Below, in pieces: positions 61,801-64,000 of a stretch of 64,000 bases of DNA. The first letter of the stretch is position 1. The number at the start of each line of letters is the position of its first letter. The translations under genes and the position numbers were made by a program. Below the pieces are notes generated by a model. The model made no database searches and was not told the origin of the DNA. It saw nothing but the letters and a program-made list of their open reading frames with translations. The DNA comes from Malacoraja senta (taxonomy: Eukaryota): positions 248,001 through 312,000 of the forward strand of contig CM076002.1 of the NCBI GenBank assembly GCA_038087875.1, read 5' to 3'.

Positions 61801-64000
61801 ATCCACCAGATGGAAATAACTTTGCAAAGTTACAACCACAACAATGTGTTTCTCGGACAAATGTAAGTGATGCAACACTTGCAGAACAATTTAATTCTCC
61901 GATACAACAAGTAACATGGAAGAGGGACAGTGACCAGAGCTTCCCGAGTGTGGAGCAAACGGGTGACATTGCGAGGGAAAATGGGATTCTGATCAATGAA
62001 CATCAGCCTGAAATAGAACAAGCCAAGGACTTGACGTCCAAACCACAGAGAGAGTCCGACCCTGGTCATGGCAGGGAATCAGAGGATCCATCTCACCGGC
62101 ATTCACCATGTATCCCAGAGGGAATGACTGGTGTTCCACCAGCTAGAAATAAACAGGATGAAAATCGGAGCCCCCTACAACTTGTGAGGGATTTGGGTTT
62201 ACAGGATCATTATCCTCACAAACTGTCACTGACGTCCATGCGGGAGGTATCCTGGCGTAAACTGGCCGACAGCAAACCAACTCGACCACAAGATCTTCCG
62301 TGGCGATTTCTCCAAAGGATCCTCTCAGCTAATTCACTGGCGAGGAATCCTGAATGGCCCCCTGCTCAGTTCTTGGAAGACAAGAAAAATGATGTTGAAG
62401 ATTTCAGTGATTTCTTTGTAGTGAAAGAGCCAGGAGATTCTGGGATTAACCCTCTGGATATCATTGCTGCCATTTTCCTCTGTGCCGACCACTCTCTCCA
62501 GCAGGAACTGATGCTGAAGATGTCTCTGTGCCAACTTGCATTACCCTTTCTGCTGCTGGAAGGGCACAGTTACCCCAGGGACAAGGTGAGGGGACCCATG
62601 GAAGGGCCTGGTGCCACCCTTCTCCTCTGGGCCATGAGGCCCATTGTTAAAATGTGGTGCCCACAATCTCCCACAGGGAGCAGCCGCGTTGTGGAGATGC
62701 CCATCGTGACAGCAACCGTGCCAACTGTCTCCTTCCTCAGACTCGGAAGGTGCACGGTGTCCAAATCCAGAGTCCTCAATCTCACCTTGAGCCAGACCCA
62801 GCTGCAGCAGAACATCTTCCTGCACTCCGAGATGGAATGTGGGAATGTGCCCCGTGGGATATCAGATGGGATGGCTGAGATCAGCTGGTATCTACCTTCT
62901 CGGAAGAGCAACACGGACATTTTCCCGGAGGCTGCGGCATTCATCAACCTCCGAGGTGATGCTGAAACTTACCAGGGACACACTCGGTTTCTGGCAAAAG
63001 TCTCTGCTGCTCTCTTTATTTTCATTGACGTTATCGGTGAGAAGGAAAGAGAATTCCTCACCTCTCTGGCACAGTCACCGGCAAAACTCTTTCTGATAGT
63101 GAACACTCACATCAGTGAGCAACACATCACCCCTGAGCAGGTAAAGAAACTGTTCAAAGATCTGAAGTTACAACCTCAACAATGCATTGTTCGGACAAGT
63201 GTAAACAAGGCCAAACTTGTGGAAAAACTTCGTTTCCAGATAAAACAAGTGATTCTAATGAGGGACAAGGAGCAAAGCTTCCTGAGTCTGGAACAAGTGG
63301 GTGACATTGCGAGGGAAAGTGGGATTCAGGTCGATGAACATCAGCCTGAAATACAACAGGCCAAGGACCTGACCAAAATACTGGGCAGTCTTGACCCTGC
63401 AGACATCACTGGGTATAAAAAGAGAGTGCTGCCCTTTCATGGAGAGCCCTGGCAAGGACTGTCTAAATTTGAGAAAGAGAAGTCTCGGATGAAACTCCGC
63501 GGGGACAGAACCACAGAGAAGTATAACCATGAGCTGGACCAAGACAAGAAAAGAATCCGGGAAGCTCAGCTCAGACAGATCCTGTCGAAGGAGATGCAGA
63601 TGTTCATTGACCACCTCACCTGTCTGGGTGGGGATGGCAGGGCCATTTCCTTGCAGTGGCTGAAGCTGATGCTGGACAGTAAATCAAGGCAAATCATGGC
63701 AGGATTGCGCAGGGATTATAAAGAACTGAGCAAAGACTCAATGCAGAAGGTCAAGGAGCTGAAGGACATGGATCAGAAGATGACTGATAGTTCCCTGGGA
63801 CTTGAGCACTTCATGAGGGAACTGGGCCAGGTTTATGAACTCTCAGTGACACAACACAACATCAAGCAACAAACACAGATCCACTCACATGTGCTTCAGT
63901 TACCGGGTGTTGCTGCTGAACTGTTACTGGATGGGTTCCCACTGGAGCTCATTGATGGAGACGTCTCCAACGTTCCTGTTTCATGGATCACTGCTGTACT
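58854..64000 (+). CDS. GVIN1/URGCP-family very large GTPase, copy 2, with triplicated N-terminal module; open to the window end (3' partial)
   Basis: Starts GGAATGG (MGNFSSNLKRWSEYLNTPQLVRDLGL). The same frame holds at 60504, 62175 and 63960. Hand translation of the start and both linkers shows no stop, and the ORF track lists no terminated ORF in this frame. Ends in LELIDGDVSNVPVSWITAV, just before the P-loop seen in copy 1. Confidence 0.9.
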   Translation, partial: MGNFSSNLKRWSEYLNTPQLVRDLGLQDNYPHKLSLTSMREIFWGKLDDNKPTRPEDLPWRFLQRILSANSLARNPEWPEISGINPLDIIAAIFLCADHSLQQELMLKMSLCQLALPFLLPEGHSYPRDKVRGPMELPGATLLLWAMRHIVKMWCPQSPTGTSPIVEMPIMTATVPTVSFLRLGRCTVSKSRVLNLTLSQTQLQQNIFLHSGMKCGNVPRGISDGMAEISWYLPSGKSNTDIFPEAAAFINLRGDAETYQGHTRFLAKVSAALFIFIDVIGEKEREFLTSLAQSPAKLFLIVNTYISEQHITPEQVKKLFKDLKLQPQQCIVRTNVNEAKLVEKLCSQIKQVILMRDRDQSFLSLEQMGDIARESGIKVDEHHPEIQRAKDLSSKPQREADHGHRLRSDHPSHQHSPGLPQGMAGDPSAGNNFAKLQPQQCVSRTNVSEATLVEKCNSPIQQVTWKRDSDQIFISLEQTGDIVRESEIQVNEHHPEIQRAKDLTSKPHREVDHRHGRESEHPSHRHSPCLPEGMTGVPPAANNQAENWSPLQLVRDLGLQDHYPHKLSLTSMREVSWGKLDDSKPTRPEDLPWRFLQMIFSANSLARNPEWPPAQSLEDKKDDVEDFNDFVEMKDPGDSGINPLDIIAAIFLCADHSLQQELMLKMSLCQLALPFLLPEGHSYPRDKVRGPMEGSGATLLLWAMRPIVKMWCPQSPTGNSPVVEMPIVTATVPTVSFLRLGRCTVSKSRVLNLTLSQTQLQQNIFLHSGMECGNVPRGISDGMAEISWYQHSGMSNTDIFPEAAAFINLRGDAETYQGHTRFLAKVSAALFIFIDIIGEKEREFLTSLAQSPAKLFLIVNTYISEQHITPEQVKTLFKDLKLQPQQCIVRKNVNKAKLVEKLSSQIKQVILMSDRDQSFLSLEQMGDIARESGTKVDEHQREIQRAKDLTSKPQSKVDHGNSWESDHPSHRHSPCLPQGMSGDPPDGNNFAKLQPQQCVSRTNVSDATLAEQFNSPIQQVTWKRDSDQSFPSVEQTGDIARENGILINEHQPEIEQAKDLTSKPQRESDPGHGRESEDPSHRHSPCIPEGMTGVPPARNKQDENRSPLQLVRDLGLQDHYPHKLSLTSMREVSWRKLADSKPTRPQDLPWRFLQRILSANSLARNPEWPPAQFLEDKKNDVEDFSDFFVVKEPGDSGINPLDIIAAIFLCADHSLQQELMLKMSLCQLALPFLLLEGHSYPRDKVRGPMEGPGATLLLWAMRPIVKMWCPQSPTGSSRVVEMPIVTATVPTVSFLRLGRCTVSKSRVLNLTLSQTQLQQNIFLHSEMECGNVPRGISDGMAEISWYLPSRKSNTDIFPEAAAFINLRGDAETYQGHTRFLAKVSAALFIFIDVIGEKEREFLTSLAQSPAKLFLIVNTHISEQHITPEQVKKLFKDLKLQPQQCIVRTSVNKAKLVEKLRFQIKQVILMRDKEQSFLSLEQVGDIARESGIQVDEHQPEIQQAKDLTKILGSLDPADITGYKKRVLPFHGEPWQGLSKFEKEKSRMKLRGDRTTEKYNHELDQDKKRIREAQLRQILSKEMQMFIDHLTCLGGDGRAISLQWLKLMLDSKSRQIMAGLRRDYKELSKDSMQKVKELKDMDQKMTDSSLGLEHFMRELGQVYELSVTQHNIKQQTQIHSHVLQLPGVAAELLLDGFPLELIDGDVSNVPVSWITAV
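58905..63372 (+). repeat. Intragenic tandem repeat: units start at 58905, 60504 and 62175 (periods 1599 and 1671 bp); the first two carry a 333-bp sub-duplication
   Basis: CAACTTGTGAGGGATTTGGGTTTACAGGAT occurs three times; AAGTTACAACC at 59823/60156 and again in unit 2. All periods are multiples of 3. Confidence 0.93.

Noticed and set aside
58946..63614. Repeated short ORFs in the track (for example MQEDVLLQLG, MMNAAASGK, MVPTISH)
   Set aside because: Antisense or alternate-frame shadows of the long GTPase frame, repeated because the DNA is repeated.

Overview
Repeat-dense vertebrate genomic window, probably from a cartilaginous fish such as a skate or ray (inferred from the CR1 3' tails and an HE1/V-SINE-type element). 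Most of it is nested transposon sequence: an L1-type LINE split by CR1s, several CR1 and Rex1/Babar LINEs, Penelope fragments, a deleted class I endogenous retrovirus (12.3-20.1 kb), a decayed DIRS element, DNA-transposon MITEs and a 200-N gap. The only host genes are two tandem + strand copies of a GVIN1/URGCP-family very large GTPase gene. Copy 1 (34046-38835) is disrupted by one nonsense codon and three frameshifts. Copy 2 starts at ATG 58854 and reads open to the window end (at least 1715 codons); it is missing from the ORF track, most likely because it has no stop codon here. Copy 2 carries three in-frame tandem copies of the N-terminal degenerate-GTPase-like module, joined by linkers related to the sequence around and upstream of the start codon, and it begins with an MGxxxS myristoylation-type motif. 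Repeat boundaries were placed by eye and are approximate unless a duplication is quoted.
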